Positions 1 to 10,800 of a DNA stretch of 41,315 nt are shown piece by piece; position 1 is the first letter of the stretch; each line of letters starts with the position of its first letter. The stretch spans positions 1 to 41,315 of the forward strand of contig JAIDLO010000169.1 of assembly GCA_029050995.1 (NCBI GenBank). Reading direction: 5' to 3'. The position numbers were made by a program, and so were the translations under genes. The DNA is from Eubacterium sp. (GTDB lineage Bacteria; Bacillota; Clostridia; Oscillospirales; Acutalibacteraceae). The notes beneath the pieces were generated by a model. It searched no databases. It had not been told where the DNA came from and saw only the letters and a program-made list of their open reading frames with translations.

Positions 1-50
1 AAAACCCCCGCCCCCCTGCTTGCGGGGGTTTAATTGCCCACACTCCGTCG

Positions 51-1454
51 GGTCTTGATTATCTTTCTCTTTCCCGTGAGGCTGCAACGCTTTCGGGCGG
101 CGAGGCACAGCGTATCCGCCTTGCAACGCAGATTGGCTCTTCTTTAACAGGTGTTCTGTATATTCTTGATGAACCGTCTATCGGTCTGCATCAAAGAGAT
201 AATGAAAAATTATTAGGAACTCTAAGGCATCTTCGTGATTTGGGCAATACACTGATTGTTGTTGAGCATGATGAGGACACAATGCGTGCTGCCGATTATG
301 TTGTTGATATCGGACCGGGCGCAGGTGTGCACGGCGGAGAGCTGATTGCAGCAGGCTCTGTTGAAGATATTATCCATTGTGAAAACTCAATTACAGGCCA
401 GTATTTAAGCGGTAAAAAGCAGATTCCCGTTCCCGATAAAAGAAGAAAAGGCAACGGCCATAAATTAACGGTTATGGGCGCTAAGGAAAACAACCTTAAA
501 AATATTAATGTTGATATTCCGCTTGGTCAGTTTGTTGCTGTAACAGGTGTTTCGGGCTCGGGTAAATCAAGCCTTGTCAATGAAATTATTTATAAGCACC
601 TTGCAAATGAATTAAACAAAGCAAAGAAGCGTCCGGGCGAGTTCAAGGTTATTAAGGGTACGGAATTCCTTGATAAGGTTATTGATATAGATCAGTCCCC
701 AATCGGCAGAACGCCTCGTTCAAACCCTGCAACCTATACGGGTGTGTTCAATGATATCCGTGATTTGTTTGCAGAAACCCCCGATGCAAAAATAAGAGGT
801 TATAAGTCAAACCGCTTTTCCTTTAATGTTAAAGGCGGCAGATGCGAAGCCTGCCAGGGCGATGGTATTGTTAAAATAGAAATGCATTTCCTTGCTGATA
901 TCTATGTTCCGTGTGATGTGTGCGGCGGTCAGCGCTATAATCGTGAAACGCTTGAAGTTAAGTTCAAGGGAAAAAGTATTTATGAAGTGCTTGAAATGAC
1001 GGTTGATGAGGGTCTTGAATTCTTCAAGCAGCAGCCTAAAATCTATCGTAAGCTGAAAACGCTTTCTGATGTTGGTCTGGGCTATATCAAAATCGGTCAG
1101 CCTGCAACAACGCTTTCTGGCGGCGAGGCACAGCGTGTAAAGCTTGCCACAGAGCTTATGAAGCGTTCAACAGGAAAAACCATTTATATCCTTGATGAGC
1201 CTACTACAGGGCTTCACACGGCTGATGTTCATAGGCTGATCAATGTCCTTAATGCACTTGTTGATAAGGGCAATACTGTGCTTGTTATTGAGCATAACCT
1301 TGATGTTATCAAAACAGCCGATTATATTATAGATTTAGGTCCTGAGGGCGGAAAAGGCGGCGGAACGGTTATCGCCAAGGGTACGCCCGAAGAGGTTGCT
1401 AAATCAAAGAAATCATACACTGCAAAATATTTAAAACCACTTTTAGAGAAATAA
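51..1454 (+). CDS. uvrA: Excinuclease ABC subunit A (UvrA), 5'-partial
   Basis: The frame reads as UvrA from nt 51, upstream of the track start at 240 ([30 protein letters not shown]...[11 protein letters not shown]). It then has the second ABC ATPase ([26 protein letters not shown]) and a zinc finger (CEACQGDG...CDVCGG). The N-terminal part lies outside the window. Confidence 0.97.
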   Translation, partial: GLDYLSLSREAATLSGGEAQRIRLATQIGSSLTGVLYILDEPSIGLHQRDNEKLLGTLRHLRDLGNTLIVVEHDEDTMRAADYVVDIGPGAGVHGGELIAAGSVEDIIHCENSITGQYLSGKKQIPVPDKRRKGNGHKLTVMGAKENNLKNINVDIPLGQFVAVTGVSGSGKSSLVNEIIYKHLANELNKAKKRPGEFKVIKGTEFLDKVIDIDQSPIGRTPRSNPATYTGVFNDIRDLFAETPDAKIRGYKSNRFSFNVKGGRCEACQGDGIVKIEMHFLADIYVPCDVCGGQRYNRETLEVKFKGKSIYEVLEMTVDEGLEFFKQQPKIYRKLKTLSDVGLGYIKIGQPATTLSGGEAQRVKLATELMKRSTGKTIYILDEPTTGLHTADVHRLINVLNALVDKGNTVLVIEHNLDVIKTADYIIDLGPEGGKGGGTVIAKGTPEEVAKSKKSYTAKYLKPLLEK

Positions 1455-1455
1455 T

Positions 1456-2553
1456 ATGAAAGATATAATATTAAAACTTGAAGAAAACTATTTTTTAAGT
1501 GATGAAGAATTCAGGCTTCTTATTGAAGACGAAAGCGAAGAAATATTGAATTTTCTTAACAAAAGAGCTGAAGCTGTAAGAAAAAAAGTCTACGGCAATG
1601 CAGTTTATATAAGAGGTTTGATTGAATTTACAAATTATTGTAAAAACGATTGCTATTACTGCGGCATACGCAAAAGCAATAGTCAGGCTGAACGCTATCG
1701 CCTTACTGCCGAGCAGATTCTGGATTGCTGTGAAACTGGCTATGCTCTCGGCTTCCGCACCTTTGTTTTGCAGGGCGGCGAAGACGGCTTTTTTACAGAC
1801 GAAAAAATGGTTGAAATCATAAAACAAATAAAAAATGCCTATCCCGATTGTGCGCTTACACTTTCTATCGGAGAACGCTCTTATGACAGTTATAAGGCAT
1901 TTTTTGATGCAGGGGCAGATCGTTATTTATTGCGTCATGAAACGGCTGATTGTGCACATTACAGCCGCCTTCATCCAAGTAATTTGTCGCTCGAAAACAG
2001 GATGAAATGTCTTTATGATTTAAAGAAAATCGGCTTTCAAGTTGGCTGCGGTTTTATGGTCGGTTCGCCTTATCAAACAACAGAGAGTATAATTTCGGAT
2101 TTGAAATTTATCAAAGAATTAAGTCCCCATATGGTCGGTATCGGTCCTTTTGTTCCGCATAATGCAACGCCTTTTAAGAATTTTGAACAGGGCAGTTTGA
2201 ATCTGACTTTAAAGCTTTTAAGCATTATCAGATTAATGCTTCCCAATGTTCTCCTTCCTGCCACAACTGCGCTTGGTACAATAGATTCTATGGGCAGAGA
2301 AAAGGGAATTCTTGCAGGTGCAAATGTTGTTATGCCCAATCTTTCGCCAAGGGATGTGCGTAAAAAATATCTTCTTTATGATAATAAAATTTGCACAGGC
2401 GATGAAGCTGCTGAGTGTATTTTATGTATGAAAAACAGAATGAAAAGCATAGGATATGAGATTGTAACCAACAGGGGAGATCACAAAAAAAATATAACAA
2501 GGAGTAATATTGATTATGGCAGAAAATCTGAATCAAACACCGAATGCCAATAG
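1456..2553 (+). CDS. hydE: [FeFe]-hydrogenase H-cluster radical SAM maturase HydE
   Basis: Radical SAM CxxxCxxC (CKNDCYYC), BioB-like motifs (FRTFVLQGGED, RYLLRHET, GIGPFVPHNATP, GANVVMPNLSP), C-terminal YLLYDNK, adjacent to hydF. Confidence 0.9.
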   Translation: MKDIILKLEENYFLSDEEFRLLIEDESEEILNFLNKRAEAVRKKVYGNAVYIRGLIEFTNYCKNDCYYCGIRKSNSQAERYRLTAEQILDCCETGYALGFRTFVLQGGEDGFFTDEKMVEIIKQIKNAYPDCALTLSIGERSYDSYKAFFDAGADRYLLRHETADCAHYSRLHPSNLSLENRMKCLYDLKKIGFQVGCGFMVGSPYQTTESIISDLKFIKELSPHMVGIGPFVPHNATPFKNFEQGSLNLTLKLLSIIRLMLPNVLLPATTALGTIDSMGREKGILAGANVVMPNLSPRDVRKKYLLYDNKICTGDEAAECILCMKNRMKSIGYEIVTNRGDHKKNITRSNIDYGRKSESNTECQ

Positions 2554-3721
2554 AGTTCATATCGCTTTTTTCGGCAAAAGAAATGCCGGAAAATCAAGCG
2601 TTGTAAATGCGGTTACAGGGCAGAATTTATCCATTGTTTCCGATGTCCTCGGAACAACTACGGATCCTGTTTCAAAGGCAATGGAGCTTTTGCCTGTCGG
2701 TCCTGTTGTGATTATTGATACACCCGGAATAGACGACAGCGGCGAAATAGGGGAGCTCAGAGTACAAAAAACAAAGCAAATTCTGAATAAAACCGATGTT
2801 GCTGTTCTTGTGGTTGATAGTGTAACGGGCAAATCGGATTGTGATGAAGAGCTGATTGCTCTATTCAAGGCAAAGGAAATTCCGTACATAGTTGTTTATA
2901 ATAAATTCGATTTAAAATGTATTGATAAGCTTACAGAAAATGAAATATCTGTCAGTGCAAAAACATGCGAAAATATCAATGCCTTAAAAGAAATAATTGC
3001 ACTTTTCGGAAATAAAGAAAAAATTACGAATTGTATAATTTGTGACAAGCTAAAAAAAGATGATATTGTTATCCTTGTAACCCCGATAGACGGCTCTGCA
3101 CCAAAGGGCAGAATGATTTTACCGCAGGTGCAGACGATAAGAGATATCCTTGATGCAGCTGCCGTTTGCGTAACCGTTCAGCCGGAACAGCTTTCATTTA
3201 CGCTTGATAATCTGAAAACGAAACCAAAGCTTGTTGTAACGGACAGTCAGGTATTCGGCAAGGTTAAGCAGCTTGTTCCCGATGATATTCCGTTAACCTC
3301 GTTTTCAATTCTCATGGCAAACTTCAAAGGTATTCTGAAAACAGCAGTCAAGGGTGCAGCAAGTATAGAAAAGCTGAAAAACGGCGATATTGTGCTGATT
3401 TCAGAGGGCTGTACGCATCACAGACAATGTGAAGATATAGGTACAGTTAAGCTTCCGAATTGGCTGGAACAGTACACAAATAAGGACTTTAAATTTGAAT
3501 TTACATCAGGCGGAGAATTTCCTGAGGATTTAAGTAAGTATGCACTTGTCATTCATTGCGGCGGCTGTATGCTCAATGAAAAGGAAATGCTGTATCGTCA
3601 GAAATCTGCTGAAACGCAAAACATTCCGTTTACAAATTACGGAACGGCAATCGCTTATATGAATGGAATTTTAAAGCGGAGTTTAGAAATTTTTCCCGAG
3701 ATACAAAACGAAATATTGTGA
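2516..3721 (+). CDS. hydF: [FeFe]-hydrogenase H-cluster maturation GTPase HydF
   Basis: P-loop GKRNAGKS, GTTTDPV, DTPG, NKFD; Fe-S ligand motif CTHH...HCGGC. Start placed at ATG 2516, after AGGAG near 2500. Confidence 0.93.
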   Translation: MAENLNQTPNANRVHIAFFGKRNAGKSSVVNAVTGQNLSIVSDVLGTTTDPVSKAMELLPVGPVVIIDTPGIDDSGEIGELRVQKTKQILNKTDVAVLVVDSVTGKSDCDEELIALFKAKEIPYIVVYNKFDLKCIDKLTENEISVSAKTCENINALKEIIALFGNKEKITNCIICDKLKKDDIVILVTPIDGSAPKGRMILPQVQTIRDILDAAAVCVTVQPEQLSFTLDNLKTKPKLVVTDSQVFGKVKQLVPDDIPLTSFSILMANFKGILKTAVKGAASIEKLKNGDIVLISEGCTHHRQCEDIGTVKLPNWLEQYTNKDFKFEFTSGGEFPEDLSKYALVIHCGGCMLNEKEMLYRQKSAETQNIPFTNYGTAIAYMNGILKRSLEIFPEIQNEIL

Positions 3722-3762
3722 TAAAAAAGGGCAATCTGAGAAATCAGATTGTCCTTTTTTAT
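3721..3762. terminator. Bidirectional intrinsic terminator between convergent hydF and sigG
   Basis: ATAAAAAAGGGCAATCTGA-GAAA-TCAGATTGTCCTTTTTTAT hairpin with A and T tracts on either side. Confidence 0.88.
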
Positions 3763-3778
3763 TTTACAAATCGTATAT

Positions 3779-4549
3779 TTATTTGTGGCTTTTAATTCTC
3801 CTCAAAGCATTCTTTTCAAGCCTGCTTACCTGTGCCTGAGATATCCCAACCTCTTTTGCAACCTCCATCTGTGTTTTTCCCTGCATAAAGCGAAGGTACA
3901 TAATGTTTCGCTCTCGGTCGTCCAGATTTTTTATTTCATCTTTTATCATAATTTCGTCTATCCAGTCTGTGTCGCAATTGCTGTCGCCAACCTGATCCAT
4001 AACATAAATTGTGTCGCCTCCGTCACTGTAAACAGGCTCATAGAGCGAAACAGGGTCAACAATTGCTTCAAGCGCAAGTACAACATCGCTTTTTTTCATA
4101 TCAAGCTCCTTTGCAATTTCCTCAATAGTAGGCTCTTTTTGATTTTGATTTATCAATCGTTCTTTAACCTGCATAGCTTTATAAGCTGTATCTTTCATGG
4201 ATCTGGACACTCTTACCGGTGCACTGTCACGAAGAAATCTACGCACCTCGCCGATACACATGGGTACAGCGTAGGTTGAAAATTTCACATCTAAATCAAG
4301 GTTGAAGTTGTCAATCGCTTTTATAAGCCCGATAACACCAACCTGAAATAAATCATCCATGGATTCGCCTCTGTTCTGAAAACGCTGAATGACAGATAAA
4401 ACAAGTCTTAAATTGCAGTTTATAAGCTCTTCTCTTGCCTTTTTATCTCCGCTTCTGGCTTTGCGCAGAAGCTCCATTTTTTCTTTTTCTTTAAGCACTT
4501 TTATTTCGTTTGTGTTAATCCCACAAATTTCAACCTTATTGTGTACCAT
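3779..4549 (-). CDS. sigG: Forespore sporulation RNA polymerase sigma factor SigG
   Basis: N-terminus MVHNKVEICGINT matches the SigG-typical NKVEICG. Region 2 (NLRLVLSVIQRF, DDLFQVG, KFSTYAVPM), DPVSLYEPVY and region 4 (GKTQMEVAKEVGISQAQVSRLEK) are present. Start at ATG 4549 with GGTGGT upstream, not the track's 4642. Confidence 0.9.
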   Translation of the reverse strand: MVHNKVEICGINTNEIKVLKEKEKMELLRKARSGDKKAREELINCNLRLVLSVIQRFQNRGESMDDLFQVGVIGLIKAIDNFNLDLDVKFSTYAVPMCIGEVRRFLRDSAPVRVSRSMKDTAYKAMQVKERLINQNQKEPTIEEIAKELDMKKSDVVLALEAIVDPVSLYEPVYSDGGDTIYVMDQVGDSNCDTDWIDEIMIKDEIKNLDDRERNIMYLRFMQGKTQMEVAKEVGISQAQVSRLEKNALRRIKSHK

Positions 4550-4587
4550 ACATAACCACCATTCCCAAAAAAAATTATGTACGGAAA

Positions 4588-4617
4588 TAGTATTGGCTGA
4601 AATATGCTTGTTTATAA
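4588..4617 (-). promoter_or_regulatory. Putative sigmaF/sigmaG-type promoter of sigG
   Basis: Minus strand TTATA-15 nt-GCCAATACTA resembles the forespore sigma consensus (GYATA-N15-GGNNANACTA); the -35 match is imperfect. Confidence 0.35.
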
Positions 4618-4702
4618 TTGGCTTTGTGGAAATTTTGAGCAAATCACGAACATTTTTTGTTATCGAGTTTTTAGCAAAGTAGCATTTTTTGGTGGTATTG
4701 CT

Positions 4703-4709
4703 TGTCGAA
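4703..4709 (+). promoter_or_regulatory. Possible Spo0A box (TGTCGAA)
   Basis: Exact match to TGNCGAA in the intergenic region between sigG and the giant gene; a 7-mer can occur by chance. Confidence 0.35.
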
Positions 4710-4722
4710 TTCGTATTTCTAA

Positions 4723-4738
4723 GTCACAAATTTGTGAC
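4723..4738. promoter_or_regulatory. Perfect 16-bp palindrome, candidate operator
   Basis: GTCACAAATTTGTGAC, about 30 bp upstream of the putative -35 of the giant gene. Confidence 0.45.
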
Positions 4739-4767
4739 ATTTTTTTTAATTTTTTTGTCATAAATGC

Positions 4768-4796
4768 TTGTATTATTATTTATAATATATTATTAT
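4768..4796 (+). promoter_or_regulatory. Putative sigmaA promoter of the giant surface-protein operon
   Basis: TTGTAT-17 nt-TATTAT; the region is very AT-rich, so other placements are possible. Confidence 0.4.
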
Positions 4797-4870
4797 ATAT
4801 ACTGTATATTTGTATCTTTCAACTAGATTGATGTAAAAAACCAATTTTCTCAATGCAGGAGGAGAATATT

Positions 4871-7800
4871 ATGGGTAATTCGATAAGAAAACGAATTTTA
4901 GGGCTGTTTCTGGCGATTGTAACTTTTGTTACAGCGTTTATTCAGCCTGTTGGCTTCGTGGTTAATGCTGCTGATGGTATTACAGAAGCACCGCCGCTTA
5001 AGCTCTCTATGGAGTATAAGTCCGGCGGTAATGAAGCCGTGAACAAAGGCGAGTCCGATAAGGATGCGGGCCTGAATTTTGGCGGAACAGGAAACTATTC
5101 GTTAGTTGGTCGCGGAAAAGAAAAAGGTGTTATTGCCAATATCGCTATTGATATTGATGCAACAGAGGGTCAGGCTGAGGAAATTTATCTTGACCTTGAT
5201 CTTCCTTTCTTCTATTTTGATGAGGACGGCACTTTCCGGACAACTTACAAAAAAAGCGAAGTTCCTGCTGCATATCTTGACGAAAACGGCGAGCCTATTA
5301 TGGCTATTGTTTGTGAAATTGCAAATCCTGAATCTATAACTTCGTGGGATGTTAAATACGAAGAACAGCTTACAGGTAATGTTCACTTGCAGTCAAGAAG
5401 CCTTTCTGTAAGATCCGGTAACCAGATTAATTTACTTGTTCATTTCTACTACAAAGGTTATGTTCCTGAGAATACATCGGGTACAATAAAACTTGGCGGC
5501 GGATATGATAATTATCTTGATAAAAACAAAAAGGAATATGGTCCATGGTCTGTTCATCCCCAGAATGTAAAGGCTCCTGAGGCTCTATATACACTTGTTT
5601 GTTCAAACCTTCAATGGGAAGCAAGTGTTGAAGCTGTTGAGCCAAGAAACGCTTTGTGGGATAAGTATAACTACCTCGTTTATAAAGTAAAGATTGAGAA
5701 CACCTCTGAAGATGCAGGAAGCTTTTACTATAAACAGACATATCGTTTTGCACTTCCTAACCAAGGTGACAGTAATGCTGAAGGCCTTTACTTTGAAGAT
5801 GCAATGAAATGGATTTACAATGCAGACGGAGATCCGATTCAGAATGATCAATTCTATGCTGATAAGGATAGAGAACACGACTTTGTAGGTGTGCCTGGCA
5901 AAGGCGGCGTTATGATCTATGATGTAACAAATATCTCTCAGTCTACATTGGATGAATGGGATCTTATCTCTTTCGATAATGCTGTTGATGATTCCGGTAA
6001 TACGCTGGAGCCTATGTCCTATAAGTTTACACAGGATGCCAGTGTAATTTTTGGTTATGAAGGAAATGTTTATGGCAGCAAGGACAGAGAAAATATTACT
6101 GATCCAGACGCGTTGGATACCTCATATAAAGAATTCTATGTTGCAATTCCAATGAAAACAGATATCAGAAATCATCATGATCCTGCTCGAATTCCTGCAG
6201 ATATATATTATACAATCAAATTTGGTAACAACTACGACTGGACCAAAGTTGATCGTTCTAATGTGTGCAATGGTTTTGCGGAAATTGAAAATCGTTTTAC
6301 TCACTCTAAATATGTTCTTGATGATAATGGTAAAAAGGTTCAGAATAAATATGTTGCCATTGGCGATGATGCTGATTATTATCTTGGTAACTTTGCAAAT
6401 AAGGGCGAAGATATTTATGTAAATGGCGTATTAACAGAGCAGCTAAATAATGTTCCTGCTTTTAATGCAGCTGCTGTTGATACACATAATAAAGATTTAG
6501 ATTTACAAAGAATTTCTATTCTTTTCAATTATGGTGTACCTTTCGCTTATCAAGCTCGTGAACCACAGCTTACTGATTGGTTTAAAGAAACAGGTACAGT
6601 CGAATTCGGTTTCTACACTATAGATACTGCTAAAAGTACGCCTGAAAAGACTGTTTATGTTTTAGATCCTGAAACAAAAAAACCGGTTATTACATATGTT
6701 CCTCTTGGTACAATGGTACCAGATGCTAGTTTAACAACCAGTACTGTTAAAGCATGGTCACTTGAAATCGGGAATTTACTTAAAGATTATGAGAGTGGTA
6801 ACAATAGCGTTTATGCAAGTACTTTTAAAGTAAAATTCAAGGAAAGAATAGATCCTAACGAAGAATTTGATGGCGTTATTCAGGTACATGGTGTTGTGAA
6901 TAAGCCTATTGAGTTTAAAAATGATCTTGAAACTGAATATGAAACTTGGTTCTGGCTTAATAAATCAGCTGTTAATGATGAAGAAGGCTATCTTAAAACG
7001 CCTCATAAGGTAGGACCCGTTTCTGCTTCGGTTACTGCAACAAGACCTATTCCTGGTTTAATCGTTGATGCCTATAAACCTCTTAGTGATGGTACAATTG
7101 AATATAAAAATTCTGAAACTGTTCCGGACCAGGAGGGCGGAGTTGGTTTCCGCTATAAGCCTTACAATACAGGTATATCAAGAGTTGTACCGGGTATCTT
7201 AAAGTCAGGTACACTTGCAAGTAAGAAAACTATATCTGGCGGAACATCTATATCTGAAGGTCTTCTTGCTGATAAAATTATTCTTTCAAAAAAATTAGTA
7301 GAAGATATATCAACTGTTGAAAAAATCGATCTTTATACAACAGACAATTTAAAAACTCCGATTACTGTTACACCGGATAAGTTCAAAACAGATGATGACG
7401 GAAACTATTATATAGACCGTACTGAATGGAACGGCAAGGAGCTTGCTAATTTTGAAATCACTTTCAAAAAGTTTGATAAAAAAGTTGAAGCAGATAATGA
7501 TATTTTCGTTTTAGTTGAAGGCAGTCCGAATGTTCCGGGTAGCACAATTAAAGTAAATTCTGTTTTTACAACAGATTATGAAGATAAAGATCTGAATGTT
7601 AAGGCGGATGCTTCTGCTTCATTGGTTGATGCGCCAACCGTTCCAAGAGTTGATGCGCAGGCTATTTATTCAGCAAATGGAACAACAAGTCGTCAGGATA
7701 CTCTTGAAGTACCGCTTGATGTACCGGGTGTTGGCTTTACTTATTTGCTTTCAAATGATAGTATTTCCAAAATTAAGCCGGGTGTATTTTCATCAGGCAC

Positions 7801-10800
7801 ACTCGCAAGCGACAGATCAGGAAATGCTGAAGGACTTATTGCTGATAGAATTATCCTTTCAAAGAAATTAGTAGAAGATATTTCCAATATCGAATCTGTT
7901 GATATTTATACAACAAATAATTTAACAACTCCGATTACTGTTACACCGGATAAGTTTAAAACCGATGATGATGGAAACTATTATATAGACTCTGATGAAT
8001 GGAAAAGTAAGGGTACACTTGCTAATTTCAAAGTTAATTTCAATTCGTTTAATAGTGCCGTAAAAAAAGCAGATGATATCTTTGTTTCAGTTGTAGGTAC
8101 AGCTAACATTGTAAAGGTACATCGTATAACATCAAATTTTTCAACGAATTATGCTGATACAAGTTTTAATAAGTCATATGATGATCCGGCTACCTTGAAT
8201 ATAAAGGCTGCATCACCAAAGATTATTTCAGATGTGTTTAAAACTGAAAGCGATTCAACAAAAACATATGGTGATCCTCTTAATGTTCCTGTTAATATTA
8301 ATGGTATAGGATTCCGTTATAGAATTTATAACAATAGTATTTCCAGAATAACTCCCGGTTTATTTGATTCGGGTACATATGTATATGGATCAGGTACTGA
8401 TTTAGCACATTTCTATACTAATAAAATAGTTTTATCTAAAAAATTAGTTGATACGGCAAAGATAAATTCTATATATGTTTATACTGTTTCCGATCCAACA
8501 AATCCTATTATTATTACTCCGGATAAGTTTAAGAGTGATTCAGCTGGTAACTATTATATAGAAAAAGAAAAATCAACTTGGAGTGATAAGGGAGAGCTTT
8601 TACATTTTGAAGTAAAATTTGATTCCTTTCCAAACAATATAAATGCCGCTGATGATGAAATATTCATTTTGGCAGAGGGTTATTCTGATACAGTAAGAAA
8701 TAGATATATTAATTATAATAATTATCAGTCTATCCATATTGTTGGTACATTCAGAACTGACTACTCCAATCAAACCAATTCTTCTGCCACTGATCCGGCA
8801 GATATGCGTGTTGATTCGATAAGTCCTTACATTATCGGTCAAACCTTCTGCCCAAGCAGAGGCTTAACTTCAGATAAGAATATCGCAGATGTTAATAATC
8901 GCACAGCAACAACACACCATAATATTAAAGTTGCTAACCAGCAGGATGATTCATATTATTCATTCAAAATCGTAAATGCATCAGTTTCCCCTGCAGGAGA
9001 AGGTGATATATCTATTGACTTTACAAGAAATAATGTTGGAGATAAAACACCAAATGTTTCAGATGTAAATGTTAAAGGCTATCTTTCAAAGAATATTACG
9101 ATTTCAAAATTTGATGGTCTTTGCGATATTACTTCCATTAAGCTTTATAATTGGGATACTGATCCAAACAGCAATCCGGCAGATGTAACTATACCGATCA
9201 GTTCTATAGACACATCAAGCGATTCCTTTACAATTGATCTCTCTAAATATAATAGTATTACATATTTAGGCAGAGTTGTTATTGAATTTGATGAATTCTA
9301 CGGAAATCCAAGTCCTAAAGACGATGATTATATGACAATCAAGGTTGATGGTCTTGCTGATTGGTACGAACATCTTGATGCAGATTTAACCTTTAATCCG
9401 CATAATGTAACTATGTATGATCGTGTTATGAAGGTAACAGACTGTATCTACATTGACAGACCTTATGCAACTCTTCATGCAGATGTTAAATATAACAAGG
9501 ATCTTTCAGGTTCAGCTGTAAGCGCAGCAAGCAATACAGATGGAAATCAGATGACTCTTGGTGTTCCGTATGACCGTGATTTCCATTATGAAATCAAAGT
9601 TGGAAATAGCTTTATTTCAAAGCTTGATGATCTTGATTTAACAATTACACTTCCTGTTAACAATAATCAGGGTGCTGAAGCAAACACAGGCTTCCATACA
9701 ACCGGCTTTGAATTCAGCAAGCATCTTATTGATGACTATGATGATCTTAAAACATTTACATTTTATGATGTTGATCATCCTAATGATGGTATAAAATTTG
9801 TTTTTGATAAGGCAAATGGAACCTTTACCGATGAGGCTGGTAAAGTTTATAAGGTTGTAAACGATAAAGGCGATATTTCTATTGATGAAAAGACTATTTT
9901 TGTAGATTGGAATATTAAGAATTTATCTAAAATTGTTATCAATGGTACAGGCTTTGCTGCAGAAGCACCTGAAACTGAAAATATTATAAATATTTACGGT
10001 TTCGTTGATTCTGTATTTGGAACACACAATGTTATGGGTGTTCTTGGAGAAAACTGGCTTGCCGGACTTCGCCAGAATCCTGCTAATAGAGTTGAAAGCA
10101 GAGATACTGCTGATGCTTATACAAGCAAAATGTATTTTGATACCGTTATTAACGCAGGTTATAAGGATATTGGTACAGCAAATCCGCCTCGTTTTGACAA
10201 GTCAACAAATTCTGTTGAGCATATCAGAAAGAATTATTATACTACAAGCACTGGTGCAATCTGGGAAGATAATTCAGAGCTTGATGTTGGTTATAAGTCA
10301 ATCGGCTCATTTATGGTTGATTTCAGGCAGTATTTGAATGTTGGTTCCAATAAACCTGAAAATACCAAAACAAATTCCAGTCATCAAGAGCATGAAACTT
10401 GGAGTTATGTTCATACGGCTTCCTTAAATACAGCTGCCAATGTTGATGTTAAAGTAAATCTTGAGGCTGATAAGTTTGATGCTTATTACTTAAAGGTTCA
10501 TAAAAACAGCAAGGACTATATTGATAAGCTTACAATTGAGCGCCAGGATGACACAATAATGAGCTTTACAAAAGCTGATTGGGAAGATAATTCTGTTGAG
10601 CTTGATGAAGATGGCGATCAATATTATGTAATTGATCTGCTTCAGCTTATTGGCGAGGACAGCAGTATTTATTATGATATCTATAAGAGCCCTAAGGACT
10701 ATGTACCAAACAATCCTGTCAAGAATGTTATTGTAAGCCTGAATATCAACAGAATGCAGGCTGATGCTGCTGGTAAATCTCTTGATCCGGATTATGGTAC

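Noticed and set aside
3749-4279. 176-aa + strand ORF
   Set aside because: Antisense to sigG and starts inside the terminator hairpin.
4550-4642. Track's N-terminal extension of SigG
   Set aside because: SigG similarity and the RBS both point to ATG 4549.
4604-4831. 75-aa ORF in the intergenic region
   Set aside because: AT-rich promoter-like DNA with no RBS and no motif.
4550-4870. c-di-GMP riboswitch or invertible promoter upstream of the giant gene
   Set aside because: No riboswitch consensus recognised, the leader is short, the only flanking inverted repeat is weak (AATTGGCTT / AAACCAATT), and no recombinase is nearby.
7260-7990. Near-identical repeat pair as a possible DGR template/variable repeat
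   Set aside because: Differences are not restricted to adenines, both copies are in-frame domain repeats, and no reverse transcriptase is in the window.
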